This document shows positions 12,331-25,651 of a stretch of DNA of 64,000 nucleotides, piece by piece. The DNA is from Eledone cirrhosa. Its lineage: Eukaryota. Within the stretch, counting starts at the first letter, position 1; every line of letters begins with the position of its first letter. Where the stretch lies: NCBI GenBank assembly GCA_964016885.1, contig OZ024745.1, positions 48,794,001-48,858,000 of the forward strand. Reading direction: 5' to 3'. Made by a program: the position numbers and the translations under genes. The notes under the pieces were generated by a model. The model worked only from the letters and a program-made list of their open reading frames with translations. It searched no databases and was not told the origin of the DNA.

Positions 12331-12539
12331 TTAACCCTTTTGATACCAACCCAAACTAGGTCAATTTCTATGAAACAAAGCCACCCAGGTTTCTAACCTG
12401 ACAACGTAACTCTATTTTATATAAGAACATTTTGTTACATTACAAATATCAACTTGATTAAATTATAGTTTAGAAAATCCTTCATTAATTAATTAAGATT
12501 CAAAGTATTTCATTAGAAATATGGTAACTAAAGGGTTAA
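12331..12539. mobile_element. piggyBac-like MITE family B
   Basis: TTAA-cccttttgataccaa ... ggtaactaaaggg-TTAA. Confidence 0.7.
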
Positions 12540-15338
12540 AAGTAACTGAGTAACTGATGCAGGCTGGTAAGTTGTTGAATCTTTTGAAATTGTATTTCTA
12601 CAAATAGGTATATGATACAACTATTGTTGTTATAGTTTCTACCCATACATCATAAAATTAGCTGGTATAGCTGTGTAGTAAGAAGTTTGTTTCACAACCT
12701 TATAACTCCAGGTTCAATCTCAAGCTATGGTACCTTGGGCAAGTGTCTTCTACTTTGAGTTGACCAATACATTGGGAGTGGAGTTTGGTAGGTAGAAAAT
12801 GTGCGAAAGGTTATGGTGTGTGTCATGTGTATGTGTGTGTGTGTGCATGCGTGTGCATGTGAGCGCATGTTTGTGTGTGTGTGTGTGTGTCACTGAAGGA
12901 TAACTATCTTGTTACATTCATTTTCATAAATGCAGGCTACCAATGATTGATGCATTGAAAACCTGTAACCTAATGGAACTATTGTTCAGAAATTGCAATA
13001 TAAAATAAATACAATAAATAAGGAAAAGATCTATTTAGGCTCCAATGAGAGCAGATACAAATTTAATTATAGCAGGAGACCATGCTAAAGGAATACAGTG
13101 TTCCCTGTAGTTTATAGAATGAAGACAATGTCAACCTTTGAAGTTCTAGAACATAAATGATTTCATAGAATATTATATTAGTGGATAACCACAAGAAACT
13201 TCATGTTTATTCCTGTAAAGTAATAACCATGATAAAGGAATGTATTGTTCCCTGTGGTTTATGGAATAAGGTCACATTTCAACATTAGACCACAAAAACA
13301 AATTTGCTTTATATTAGAGTTAAATAACAATGCTATATATTAGTGAATCCATGTAATGTTTTATCATTTAGAACTTGCATCTTCAAGTTTGGTTTAAAAT
13401 GAAATCAGGATGTATAGAAGGGTCTACCCATACAAGTTAACCATATATATTATTTTGTTAAAATTCTCATCTTCCTGGGTTGTTAACCTTTTAAATGATA
13501 AGTAGGTAAAATAATAAACAGTGGAATCTATTTATTTTGATTCAATACTTCCTACATCTCATATATGTATATACATTAACCCTTTAAATATGCAGCTGGA
13601 TCTATAAAAATAATCATAATTCTATAAAGACCTAACCTTTTAGGGTCTAACATATGCTACAGACTTCACACAAGCCTAATCCCACACTAGCTCTGTATGT
13701 ATGCATCTATTTATAAGTAAACATTATATGTCTATAAGTTTTATGTGTAGACTAGATTCAGACATCTTGGCATGCTGTATTAAAGTACTGTTTGCAATTT
13801 TATGCTTGTATTCTTGGTCTTTACAATCTGAAATATGAATTGCAATATACATATATATATCATTTGATAATTTTATTGCATGTTTAACAAAATATTAATT
13901 TTCCTTGCTTACTTAAATGTCCAGCTATATATTAGTCATGATTTCTTTTAATAATATTACAGATGCCAAGAGAGCTGATCATTAGTCTACTACCTCATTG
14001 TTCTAAATTCAAATTCCTGCCAGAATCAGCTTTACCCTTCATCTCACTAGGGTTGACAAAATAAAACATAAAATTCAATCAGCTACATGCCATTCCATAA
14101 AAAAATGTAACTTAACTATAGGGTTGGGGGATGAGTATTATTGCAGTCATATATTTTTTTTTTGTCTGAGTTCCAGTATTTTCATAAATTAACTTTTATG
14201 GTAGAATTATTACAAATCTTAACAAATAATCAGAAGTACTGTTGTTATTGTTGTTAAAAATATCAGTGTTTTTGTTCAAATTAATCCAATATTTTTTTCA
14301 AGAGAATTCACTTGAGTAGTAAATAAATCATAAATTAATAATAGTAATCCTATTGTATTTAAATATTTTTTTCATTTTAAATTGCCTTAAGTTAATGATT
14401 TAAATATTTAATCATGTAAATAATCTACTTAGTTGATTATAATGTTAAATATAAATCACTATAAAATCAATGTTTATTGCAAATAAACCTTCATTTTTAA
14501 TTTTATTCTGAATATGATTTACCGAAAAAAGAAATCAATAGAAGAAACAATGATGTGTTTATAATTTACAAACAGAACAAATCAATAAATAAAAGAATCA
14601 GAAAGAAGAAAAAAGGAAGAAAAAATGAGAAAAGGCATACACACTGAATGAAGAATGTCAGTGTTGTTTTCAAAACATTTTATAGGCCAGCCATGTTCAA
14701 GAAGGCTAAGCCACTGACAATGAAGATTTTGTGACCATTAGGAGCTCACCTTACTAAAATGTCAGATGAGGCTTGTGAGTGTGCATAACTATTTTAGCAC
14801 CTTAACCTCACTTTCACTCATGATAATATCTATAAAATCTTTAAAAGATGGCACTGACATTCCCAGTTGTAGTGTGTAATTGAGTATATGTCTTCTGTTT
14901 TGTTTTTCCTTCTTTTCTCTACTTTCTGACCCAATTTTAATGATTTATTCCTTTGCAAATCATAACCACTGTAAAATGTTCCTAAACAAATAACATCTTT
15001 TCATGTTTAACAATATGAAATGACAGGGAAAAACAAATTTCATAGTAATTTTGTATAATCTTTTTGTCCATATGAAATGTAACTCCTTATTTATTATTAT
15101 TATTTTTTTTTTCTTTTGCAGTTACAAATATCAGAGTTTTGTTGTTCACTTATGTCTTTTTAATTGAGTCTTTTCCTATACCCCTCATGTATTTCAATAT
15201 TTTTCATTTATGTTTATTGTAGGACTTCAACAAATATTTCAAAGTCTTGAAAAGCGAGGTTGTATGAAAATGTTCAATGTCTTTTCAATTATTTAGAATA
15301 GGGTCAACTTGGCCCTTAATTTTACCTTCCATTTTCAG

Positions 15339-15461
15339 ATATCAATGAATGTGCTGAACACCCAGATGTTTGTTTGCATCATTGTATAAATACAGTTGGC
15401 AATTATGAATGTATTTGTCCACCAGGTCAGCTCAGACTGCCCGATAAGAAGTCATGTGTTG
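15339..15461 (+). CDS. HMCN1: Hemicentin exon: cbEGF 7 (DINECAEHPDVC...KKSCV)
   Basis: ttcag| acceptor, |gtgaat donor, 123 bp. Confidence 0.93.
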
Positions 15462-15501
15462 GTGAATAGATTTTACTTTTTCCTCATAAAATTATATCCT
15501 A

Positions 15502-15546
<45 letters not shown>

Positions 15547-17249
15547 TTATGAAATTAAAATTGAGAAAAAATATTAATTGAGTATAATGAATATAATGAA
15601 AAGAAAAAGTAGAAAATTCCTTAATATCAAGTGTTCATATATACTATGACTGCTGAGTAATTCCAGAATATACTGGCTTCTGCCTTGTCAATACTTTTCC
15701 ATTGTTAGCATGTCGACTTTTAACATTTCTGTTTTTAAGATTTCATTCAAAATTTTAATGCTGAAACTGGCTCATACTAAAAAGTTCCTCTCAGAGCCAA
15801 TAAACTCTTATTTTTCTGTCAATGATGCGAATATATTTTTTGTTTAAATTGTAAAAATATAAAGAGTGAGTATGACATGAATTTATAAATAGAAATCAAA
15901 ATAAAGCTATTGTTATGCATATACATATGTTCTACCTCTTAGAAAAACCAGGAGTATTTATATCATTCTCATGCATTTAGAATTCCTCTATTAATCATCT
16001 TTCAAAATCATCAACTTCATTATGTATAACTATCTGCAACCCCCCAACATTTTTCTTTTTTACTTTCCATATTTTAATATACTAGGCTATCAAAAAATAA
16101 AGAGATAAATGGATGCAAATATGCCTCCTGGCTACTCTTAGCTCAATCATAACATTAAATAAGTAAAGGGCTCAAAACTCCTAATGGAGTCAAAGAGGCA
16201 GTGTCCTAATACATGCTTGTCATGGGCATTTTAAGCCTGACAGAGCCTATCCCTCTCCAGATCAGAATATAGCCAATTTCATCCAGAGAAAGAAAAAGAG
16301 ATAAAGGGAAAGTGGAAAACTCAGCCCTAATGCAACACTGGTTGTTTATTGATTGAATTCAAAGGGATAAAAGCAAGGCTAACCTTGGAGGAATTTGAAC
16401 AAATACTGAGGCATTTTTAATCTGTTTCTGTCTGAGGCTCATCAGGCCAGTGCTTATCCCGGTTTCCTCGGCATGAAGCAACTGAGAGTACAAGACTGAG
16501 CTCTGAACAGGACACCAGTTTGTCACAGGGTCAAACCCCCAGCTATTGCTGGTACTTACTTTCAGCTGGGTATACTGGAGCAACATAAAATGAAATGTTT
16601 TGCTCAAGAACACAACACAGAATGCAGTCCAGGAAACAAACCCACCGTAACCATTTTGCTAATTCACCGCCTTCATCATAACATTATATATTCAGTTTCT
16701 TTTCATATTCTCTTTATCACCATAGTTGACAGTATCATTTTTAGTATTGTCAAACCCCTTTTTCATGCTGACATCATCTGAATATGTTTACAGTTAAGTC
16801 TTCTCAAGGCATTGTCTAAAGCAGAGCTGTCCAGAACTTTCACATTGGCAACACATTTTTTTTTAAAATAACAATTTTTTGTAATGCATTAGTTATGTTT
16901 TGTTGGTGATGTGAAATTAAAGAAACAATTAAATATCATATCATGTGTCACCAGAAACGTGTCTAATTGTATGCAGAGTTGTCAGATCTTAAATATACTT
17001 AAGACCCAAATGAATATTCATAAAAATTGATGAGATATGACTTAATTCCACAACACACCTAGAGATTATCAACAACACACAAAAGTGTTGTGTCAGAGTT
17101 TGGAAACCTCAGGTCTAAGTAAAGGCCAATTGACAGAAGTTGGTTGTGATACATTTGGAAAGAAACAGAGTTTACACTGTTATTATTAGGTGAGAGAAGG
17201 TTGGCTGGTTGGTTGGCTGGTTGGTTGGTTGGTTGGTTGGTTGACAATA

Positions 17250-17650
17250 TCAGTAGAGCATTGGACGACATGCTTTGCAGTATATGGTTACAGACCTTTA
17301 CATTCAAATCTTGCTGAGGTTAACTTTTCTTTTCATCCTTATGCGGTCAATAAAATAAAGTACCAGTAATACACTGGGTCACTTTTCCCATCTCTTCCAA
17401 TTACTAGCCTTGTGTCAAAAATAGAAACAATTATTAGGTGAGAGGAAGGTGGTAAATTGGCAGAATTGTTAGGACAAATGTCTGGTCTGGTTTTTTTAAT
17501 TCTGTGTTCAAATCCTATCAAAATCAACTTTGTCTTTCATCCTTCCAAGGTCGATAAAATAAAATACCAGTAAATTACTGGGGTTGGTATAATCTACTTT
17601 CCCCTCACACCAAAACTGCTGGTCTTGTGCCTAAATTAGGAATCATTATT
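17250..17650 (+). mobile_element. Two tandem SINE family N-related copies
   Basis: Core tttcatcctt..ggtc.ataaaataaa.taccag occurs twice. Confidence 0.75.
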
Positions 17651-17907
17651 AGTTGAGAGGGATATATTTTAATGTGTACTCAATGAAAGTAATGTCAATG
17701 GGTTAAAATTTACAAATGTATATTTTGGATAGTGAAGCCATGTGGCAGGAATTGGATTAATAGTTGCCCCAGAGGTCTGGCAGCTTTATATATTTAATAT
17801 AAAGCCAGAGGACTAAAACTATATAAATAGTAAGATAAACTCTGTTTTATTTCTATCTTATGAGCTGAATACTTTCACAAATATTATCCATTTCCAAAAT
17901 GTTTCCT

Positions 17908-18244
17908 TCATCATCATTATCATTTTACGTCCACTTTTCCCTGCTTGCAAGGGTGGGACAGGAACTGATTCTGGCTTGATTTCTACAGCTGGATGCCCTT
18001 CCTAACACCAACCTCATTTACAGTGAGTACTGGGTGCTTTTTTTACCGTGGCACCTCCATGACCACTTTGCAGTGGAATGATATGGACCCGTCCCTATCA
18101 TCTCATTTCTACAGCTGAGTAAACTGGAGGAATGTGAAATAAAGTGTCTTGCTCAAGGAAACAACACATCACCCGGTCTGAGAATTGAACTCACAACCTT
18201 TCGATTGCAAGGCCAATGCTCTAACCACTAAGCCATGTGCCTCC
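17908..18244 (-). mobile_element. tRNA-headed SINE with RTE-type tail (family R)
   Basis: A box TGGCTTAGTGG, B box GAGTTCAATTC, central ccttgagcaagacactt, tail ggacgtaaaatgat; near-identical to 45925-46255. Confidence 0.85.
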
Positions 18245-18414
18245 TATAATAATTTAATGCAGATTGACCTAGACAAGGCTAGCTACTTTTTTTAATTTGG
18301 AAGAAAATTTTAATTTAGGCTGTAATTTTTCTCTGAGAAAATTTAAGAAATGAGAACATATAGACCTAAGGTTTATTTTATTGATAGCAAACCATGATAT
18401 TGTTTCTCTTACAG

Positions 18415-18612
18415 GGCTGGTACATGTTAAGGATGATAAAAGGGGTAGTAGATTACCCTGGAAAAATGCATCACTCATTGCTGACCTTCCCCTCCGTAAA
18501 TCCAACAAAACAATATTTCGTACTCCTCTTCACCCAGAAAAGACCCTGCAGGCAGATGCTCCAGCCTGTCCATCTGGACATCAATATGATCAGCAAAACG
18601 CAACATGCATTG
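18415..18612 (+). CDS. HMCN1: Hemicentin exon: inter-EGF linker (GLVHVKDDKRG...ACPSGHQYDQQNATCI)
   Basis: tacag| acceptor, |gtatat donor, 198 bp phase 1-1; starts GL and ends CPxG...TC like the hemicentin-1 linker. Confidence 0.85.
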
Positions 18613-20501
18613 GTATATCATCACCATTTCAAATAGCTTTACTCATTCAGAGATTTTTTTAAATGCCAACCTTAACAATGCTTAAATTTATTAACCTAAT
18701 ATCACTTTGTTTTAGATTTGTTTTTGTTTGGCAATTCACTTGACCACGTGTTGAAAATGAAGCAGTTATTAAATGTTATATTAACTTTACATTTATTTCA
18801 AAATAAATTAAAAGTGAATATAACAGTTTTTGTGTGCTTTTTAATGGCTAAATTGGTTTTTTCCACACTTTGTTGTTTTATAAGATTCAATATCATTGTT
18901 ATAATCCCTTTATAGAAAATGTCACATTTCCCACACTTATTTACCAATCAACCTCTTTTATAATTAATGCAATAATGTTCATACCAATTTTTATTTTTTA
19001 TTCAGTAAACTTTAATCAGGTATGTGTTGATGTATTGAATGATGTGATGAATTCTTTTACTTAACTTTGTTTCCATAACCAAAATATCAGCATCATTTCA
19101 TGAACAACACTAAAATTGGAAATTAAATTTAATGTTTTTTTTTTTTAAACATGACATTGGCTATTCAGTTCTTTGCTTGTACTAACAGGATATGATATCG
19201 TCCTCATTATCCTCATCATCCTTCTATGTTTGCTTTCCATACTGGCATGGGTTGGATGGAGCATCACAGTCAGAGATTAAACGGTACAGTTTCTATGGCT
19301 GGATATCCTTCCTAATGTCAACTACCTTACAGAATAATACTTTTCAATAAACAATGCTTTATGTTGAAGCAGACTTAGTCAACAGTTAAAATAGGTTCAT
19401 CTATACAATTAAAGTGAAAGACCAGAATTTGGGGAAATAGTTTATTTGTGTCAGCAAAAATCAGTTTCATAACATTCTTGAAACTTAGATTCATAATATC
19501 AAAAATGTATTTGTATACCATTTTTTGTGTTTATCCCTTTAGCATTTAAACCTAACATATCTGGCCAGAATTCTCTCACCTCTTTCTGTTCAAACTGGCT
19601 GTAACTAGCCACTCATACTGATGTTAAGGTATTGTTCTCAAAATAAATAATATCAAAATCTCATAGATTCGATATTATGTGAGATAGTTATGTGAGGTAA
19701 AGCCTTTACTGAGAAAATATAATAGTAAATATAAAGTAATGGAAATGCTAAAGGGTTTAATGGTGGTAAGTTTACTGCTAATTATTGTGTGCTGTTAATG
19801 AAAGCTGATTCCCTCTTAAAGTCTATTAGGAAATGTAATAGCGATATATGACAAGTTATTATTCCTTGTCTCTTTTTTCTTTAGAAATGTTAAAACTTAT
19901 ATTAATATCAGCAAGCATTATAAATTATATTATAAATTAATTTGAATTTAGACATATTAAGTTAATCATCAATTATTTTAAAGTTATTTTCCCTGCTTAA
20001 GCAAGAGTTAGCCTCGTAGGCCCCTGTGATAAGCTTAACCATACTGATATTTTATTTCTTTGAAGTAATGCTTAATGACCAGATACCCTTTCTAGTACCA
20101 ACCTCTTTAGTTGCTTCTTACAACAAACAAGTATATAATGTACCTATTCTAAATGGGATACATACAGTTAAGAGATAGTATCTCTAATAATATATATTGT
20201 TAATAAAGTCTAATGTTTAGAGGGTATGACACTTATCTCTGAAAGTTTCTGTTTGATTTAATAGCTTCCTCAGCGAATAATAACTCAACCACATTAGCAA
20301 GACATTCTTGCAAAGTATAAAACAGAACTATGACTATGTGACGTTAAAAATTTAAATCTTTACTTTAGTTTACTGCAAATTTTCATAATTCATCCTCTAG
20401 TAAGAATACTATAAACATTTAAATTAGCAAACCCATTTACATCAGATTTGAAGACAAGGAAACACAAATATTTACCTAAATATGGTTCAGTGAAATAACA
20501 T

Positions 20502-20747
20502 TTAACCCTTCTGATACCAAAACCACTTAAAACCATTCCTGGTTCTATGATACAAAACTTTAGTTCTTAAAGTGTATATATTCATCTAAAAAAACTTTCC
20601 ATCACAATTTTATGTAAGAACCTTCAAATTATGCTCCAACCACCAGCTTAATAATAGGAAAGTTATATTACTAAACCCTTCTAAATTCTTGGTCATTTTC
20701 CAAATTATTTGAACATCGTGGCTATTGTCTTTCATTAAAGGGGTTAA
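20502..20747. mobile_element. piggyBac-like MITE family B
   Basis: TTAA-cccttctgatacc ... aagggg-TTAA; relatives at ~625-887, 22245-22727, 46281-46547, 50289-50530, 55525-55733, 59440-59881. Confidence 0.7.
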
Positions 20748-20774
20748 CAGATCGTAGGTAATATTTGGGTGTGC

Positions 20775-20876
20775 ATTATTTGTAAACTTTGCCTTTCATC
20801 CTTCGTCGATAAAATAAAGTACCAGTAATGTACTGGGTAATTGCTGGCCTTGTGCCAAAAGTAGAAACAATTATTT
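20775..20876 (+). mobile_element. 5'-truncated SINE family N
   Basis: Core and tail only; flanked by attatttgtaaa repeats. Confidence 0.8.
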
Positions 20877-21171
20877 GTAAAAGGTAGATCTAACACAAAC
20901 TGTAAATACTTTCTACATATTATCAGATAAGCTTGAAAAAAACACAACTATGGAATGAGAAAGTATTTAAAGAATGCAGCCCTATAGTTGCACAGAGTTG
21001 TATTTATAAGTCAGGTATGTAAGGCAATAAACCCAGATATATCAAGTGTTGTGAATATAGAATAATGGTAAAGATAGGATAGAATAAACTACAAGAAATA
21101 AACCTGTAAACTAAAGCAAAATAACTTGAGAAAATGAGCTCAGCTGATATTGCTGAAAGCTTGTTGGTAGG

Positions 21172-21480
21172 ACAGTATTAGTAGGTATATAAATTTGGAC
21201 AGCCTTAATAAGTATATAAATTAGAACAGCATAAGTAGATACATAAATTAGAATAGCCTTACTATGTATATAAATTAGAACAGCATTAGTAGATACATAA
21301 ATTAGAATACCTTTACTATGTATATAAATTAAGACAGTCTTACTTAGTATATAGATTAACACATTAGTAAGTATATAAATTAGGACAGCATTAGTAAGTA
21401 TAGCCTTAGTAAGTATATAAATTAGGACAACATAAGGAAGTATATTAGAACAGCTTTAGCAGTTTAGAACAGTATGAGCA
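21172..21480. repeat. Degenerate ~27-bp tandem repeat
   Basis: tagtaagtatataaattag(g/a)acagc variants, about 10 copies. Confidence 0.85.
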
Positions 21481-21819
21481 ACTATATATATTATAAAACA
21501 TTGATGATGTAGTTGTTCTTAGTTATTAAGAAATAGTGGCAAAATATAATACACTAAAAAATAATCTTCAATGAACAGTACATCACTGTTATTTTGGTGC
21601 CCTTGCATATCTTGGAATGATTTAGCAGAAAATATCTAATAATACATTTGTTAATCCAGATGTTTATAGTAACTTTACTGGTGGACAGATGTTTGTAAAA
21701 ATCTGCTGTATTGAAAACTTTAATTTTTAATTTGATGCAGTCATATTGCTGTTATGTTCTTTTCAAGAATGTCTTGCTAAAGTGGTTTCATTGTGACACA
21801 GAGTATTAAGAGTTAAATA

Positions 21820-21978
21820 TATTGTTTCTACTTTAGGCACAAGGCCAGCAATTACCCAGTGCATTACTGGTACTTTATTTTATCGACCCTGTAAGGATGA
21901 AAGGCAAAGTCAACCTCGGCGGGATTTGAACTCAGATCGTAAAGGGACGTAACTATGCTGGAAAGCATGGTGTCCGAC
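21820..21978 (-). mobile_element. SINE family N
   Basis: Reverse complement of core and tail. Confidence 0.85.
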
Positions 21979-23937
21979 TATATTAAGTACAAACAATACT
22001 GAAAAAAATGTTTTGTCAGGCTTAAGCTTATCCTGGTGGCATTGACATTAAAAGACTAAGATTACAAAACTCTCCCTTGGATGGGGTGCCAGGCTGTTGC
22101 AATGTGCTGGGAAAGGTAACTGCAATGTAGATAGAAATAGACTTATTCAGTTTATCATTTGTAAAATCAATCAGCAATATTGTATATTACTGATAATTAT
22201 ATTACCATTCTTGCTGTTATTTATGGTTTCAAGTTCTGGATGCCTTAACTTTTTCATGACCATATTTCTCATGAAATACATTGTCTATATGTTTCAATTA
22301 TCTTTTTAAATAATCAGAAATTTGTATGTGTTTAATAAAATATTAATGTCTTCATTATTAAGCTGTTATTTGGAAGATTTGATGTATAATTTTGAGAGCA
22401 GGTTTAAATTTAAATAAAATGCTCTCACCTTTTCAATACTAACCCAGCCAAAACTGGCTTTGATTATATGAAATAAAACCACTCATTTTGAAGGGGTCCT
22501 ATTTAAATAAAAATCTTCTAATGTAATTTCATATAAGAACCATATATTAGGTTACTATCTTAATAATGAAATAATTAATAATTTTAGTAAGTCCATCAAA
22601 ATTCTCCATTAATTAATTAGAAAAGAGTGTATTTCATTAGAGATACAGACATGAAAGTGTTAAAATGGATAGTTTAGTGTCATAAAACCAGGAGCAATCA
22701 CAGGTGGGTTGGTATCAAAAGGGTTAAATTATCAATTCAAGTTTTCTCTCTTTATCTTTATCACTATTTTCATGTGTATTTATGAGCATACAAATCGTAA
22801 CGTCTACTTTGCTTATGCACAATATTATTATATTTTATTTTTTGTTTTCTTCATTTTTATTTATTATTATTTATTTGTTTGTTTTTTTGTCTATTTTTAC
22901 TGATCGGTTTTGAGAATATCATTATAACTGGCGCACTATAAAGAGCACCCACTAAAACTTTCATTATTACATCACTACATATTACTTACTTTCAAGATAT
23001 ACAAATGATTAATGAAACAATGATTAATCTATTTCATAAATCAAGCCTTTTATGATAATATTTATAATGAAATACTTCAATTTATCAATGAGGAATTAAT
23101 AAAATTATTAATTATTTCATTATTATTAAGATTATATTCTCAACATAACTTAAAATGTTCTTATACAAAATTATATTGGAAGCTTTTAATTTAAATAAGA
23201 AGCTGTTAAAATTGGTGACATTGTTTCATAGAAATAAAGGTAATTTTGAGCAGGCGAGTTGGTATCAACAGGTTTGATCCAGCAAAATTGAGCTGGGCTA
23301 AGAACAAAGTTGAAACTTTTGAAAACATGAGTATTGTGAAAATATGTACAGGATCAAAATTTATTATTGTACTCATATGACATAAAAACAAATGGCATTG
23401 CCCAAGCATGGCTTCAGTCAAAGTGCTGGAACAGGTAAAAAATGAAAAGAGTAAATTATGCATGTTGATGTAAAAGAGTAAACTATGCAAAGTTATGTAA
23501 AAGCCTGGATACCATGTGCAGCACGATAATTTAATCAGACAGAATGCAGCATGCTATGTAACTGGAATCTTGAGAGAAAGATGCATTCAATCTTATAGGA
23601 ATCATGTTAATTACTACTTTGATCATATGAAATACTTATTTTTCCACTTTTATTTCTATTTATATTCAATTAATTACAAAAAATGTATGCATGAAAGATA
23701 TATAATATGGATGAGAGAAAAATTCGTTCAATTAAATTTGATGTTCTTAACCTGTTTAGAAAGAAATCAATATTCATAATCACAGCAAGATTATTTATCC
23801 AAATTATAGGCACCAAGAATCCTTTACAGCTTTTTATTTTTAGAGACAAACTTACAGTATATATGTTATCAGCTGGAAGAGGGCTTTGTAGTTTAAAACA
23901 AATCTCATAAATATGTTTTATACCTCTTGTATCATAG

Positions 23938-24057
23938 ATGTCGATGAATGTAAGAGATTCAATCCTTGTCAACACAATTGTGTCAATGAAATAGGCTCTT
24001 ACAGGTGTATCTGTCCAAATGGTTACAAATTGAAAGGAGACAGACACACGTGTGAAG
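23938..24057 (+). CDS. HMCN1: Hemicentin exon: cbEGF 8 ([11 protein letters not shown]...HTCE)
   Basis: catag| acceptor, |gtaggc donor, 120 bp. Confidence 0.93.
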
Positions 24058-24128
24058 GTAGGCAACTTAACTTGAATATACTTCTATAGCATCTATTGTA
24101 TATGTTCCAAATACATTTCATAGTTAAA

Positions 24129-24277
24129 TCCCATGGTGGGATCATTGTTGACTTAATTCTAGTTCTTCTACATATGTCATATGACCACCACACTGCTACC
24201 CCATGGTGGGATCACTGTTGACTTAACTCTAGTTCTTCTACTTATGTCACATAACCACCACACTGCCACCCCATGGT
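24129..24277. repeat. ~70-bp tandem duplication
   Basis: cccatggtgggatca.tgttgacttaa.tctagttcttctac...ccacactgc twice, plus a third start. Confidence 0.85.
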
Positions 24278-24543
24278 GAGTTTGTTTTTATTTATATTCT
24301 GTCATTGAGGTTTATTCCTCTTGTGATTAAGATTTAGTCTGGCTCCTACCCTTCAACCTGTCTGGTATAGTTGGTCTTACCAGGAGTTAGATTCCCACCA
24401 CTACTTAATCACATATGTACAAGTATATATATACACTATTGGATTGCCATTGATTCTCATGAATTTCTCTGCCCTTTTAATTGAATAAAGTAATAATACA
24501 AATAAGTTTAACATTCGGCTTATTTACTAATCATTTATTTCAG

Positions 24544-24670
24544 ATATTAATGAATGCAAAGAACTATCTATAGATTGTGGTCCTGAGCAATTGTGTTTCA
24601 ATACAAGAGGTTCCTACCATTGTGTTTTAATACCATGTCCTTCTAATTATCATCGAGACGAGGGCACTAA
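24544..24670 (+). CDS. HMCN1: Hemicentin exon: cbEGF 9 ([25 protein letters not shown]...DEGT)
   Basis: ttcag| acceptor, |gtaagt donor, 127 bp phase 1-2. Confidence 0.93.
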
Positions 24671-25651
24671 GTAAGTTAAAACAACTTCATTATCATTTTA
24701 ATATCTTTTTCTTAATATTAGAATTGTTATGGCTAAGATAGAACTCCAATTTAGTTTCTTTCCACATGATGATGATGATGATGTTCATCTATTAGGAGAT
24801 AAAAATAATTACATTGATTTGTTAATGGACTATTTTCAACCCTTAAAATCTTGTACTGCATCAAGCTACATTAGTAAGACATACTTGTAAAGTACAAAAC
24901 AGCACTATGATAGTATCACATTAAAATTAAAGTTTTTACTCTAGTATCACAAATTTTCACAACAATCTGTTCACAAGTAAAGGATACTATAAACATTTGA
25001 ATTAACAAACCTGTTTTTAAACATTTTGTGTTAAATCTTAACAGGAAGTGAAGAGTTAACCAATTATTTAGCAGTAAAAGGTTAGAAGCCTACAATTTCT
25101 AAAAGATGAAAGAAAGAAAATTAAAATTAATGGACTTTACTTCATAACACAGAACAATGTCTAGTAGCCAGTGGTAGTTTTCATCTTTCATTTTCTGTGC
25201 TTTTAATTATTATCATCATTATTATCACCATTTTACATCTACTTTCCATACTGCCAAGTGTTGGACAGAATATGATGGTCTAAGCCAGTTTTTATTCAGA
25301 GTTACTACCTCCTAGACAAATTAAAGGACCATGACTCACTCGTATATTACACTTAATGATTAGGTAGCCTTCCTCACCTCAATCACTTATACTGGCTGAA
25401 TTTTATCATAGTACCATAGTACCATCATTAGAGAAGATTGTTAAGTCCTCAACAGGACTAAAGTATCTTTTCAAACCTACATTGTCTCTGTTCAGTCACT
25501 GGTTGGCAGAGTCATCATCATCTTTTAACATCTGTTTTCCTTGCTAGTAAGAGTTGGACCATGTAGAAATTATTTTAACAGATTTTCTAAAATCGAACAA
25601 AAATAAATTACTAAAAAAATTCATACTTTTATCCTATTCTTTTTTTTTAAG

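Noticed and set aside
18170-18244. tRNA gene on the - strand
   Set aside because: A and B boxes present, but it continues into a SINE body and LINE-type tail and is duplicated at ~46180-46255; SINE head
23670-24065. 131-aa antisense ORF over a hemicentin EGF exon
   Set aside because: Shadow of the coding exon plus intron with no recognisable motif; same for 25757-25981 and the + strand ORFs over the LINEs
25649-25651. AAG acceptors here and at BTAF1 33305-33307 and 41228-41230 as possible U12 introns
   Set aside because: Their donors (GTAAGT, GTAAAG, GTGAGA) are U2-type and no TCCTTAAC-like branch is present
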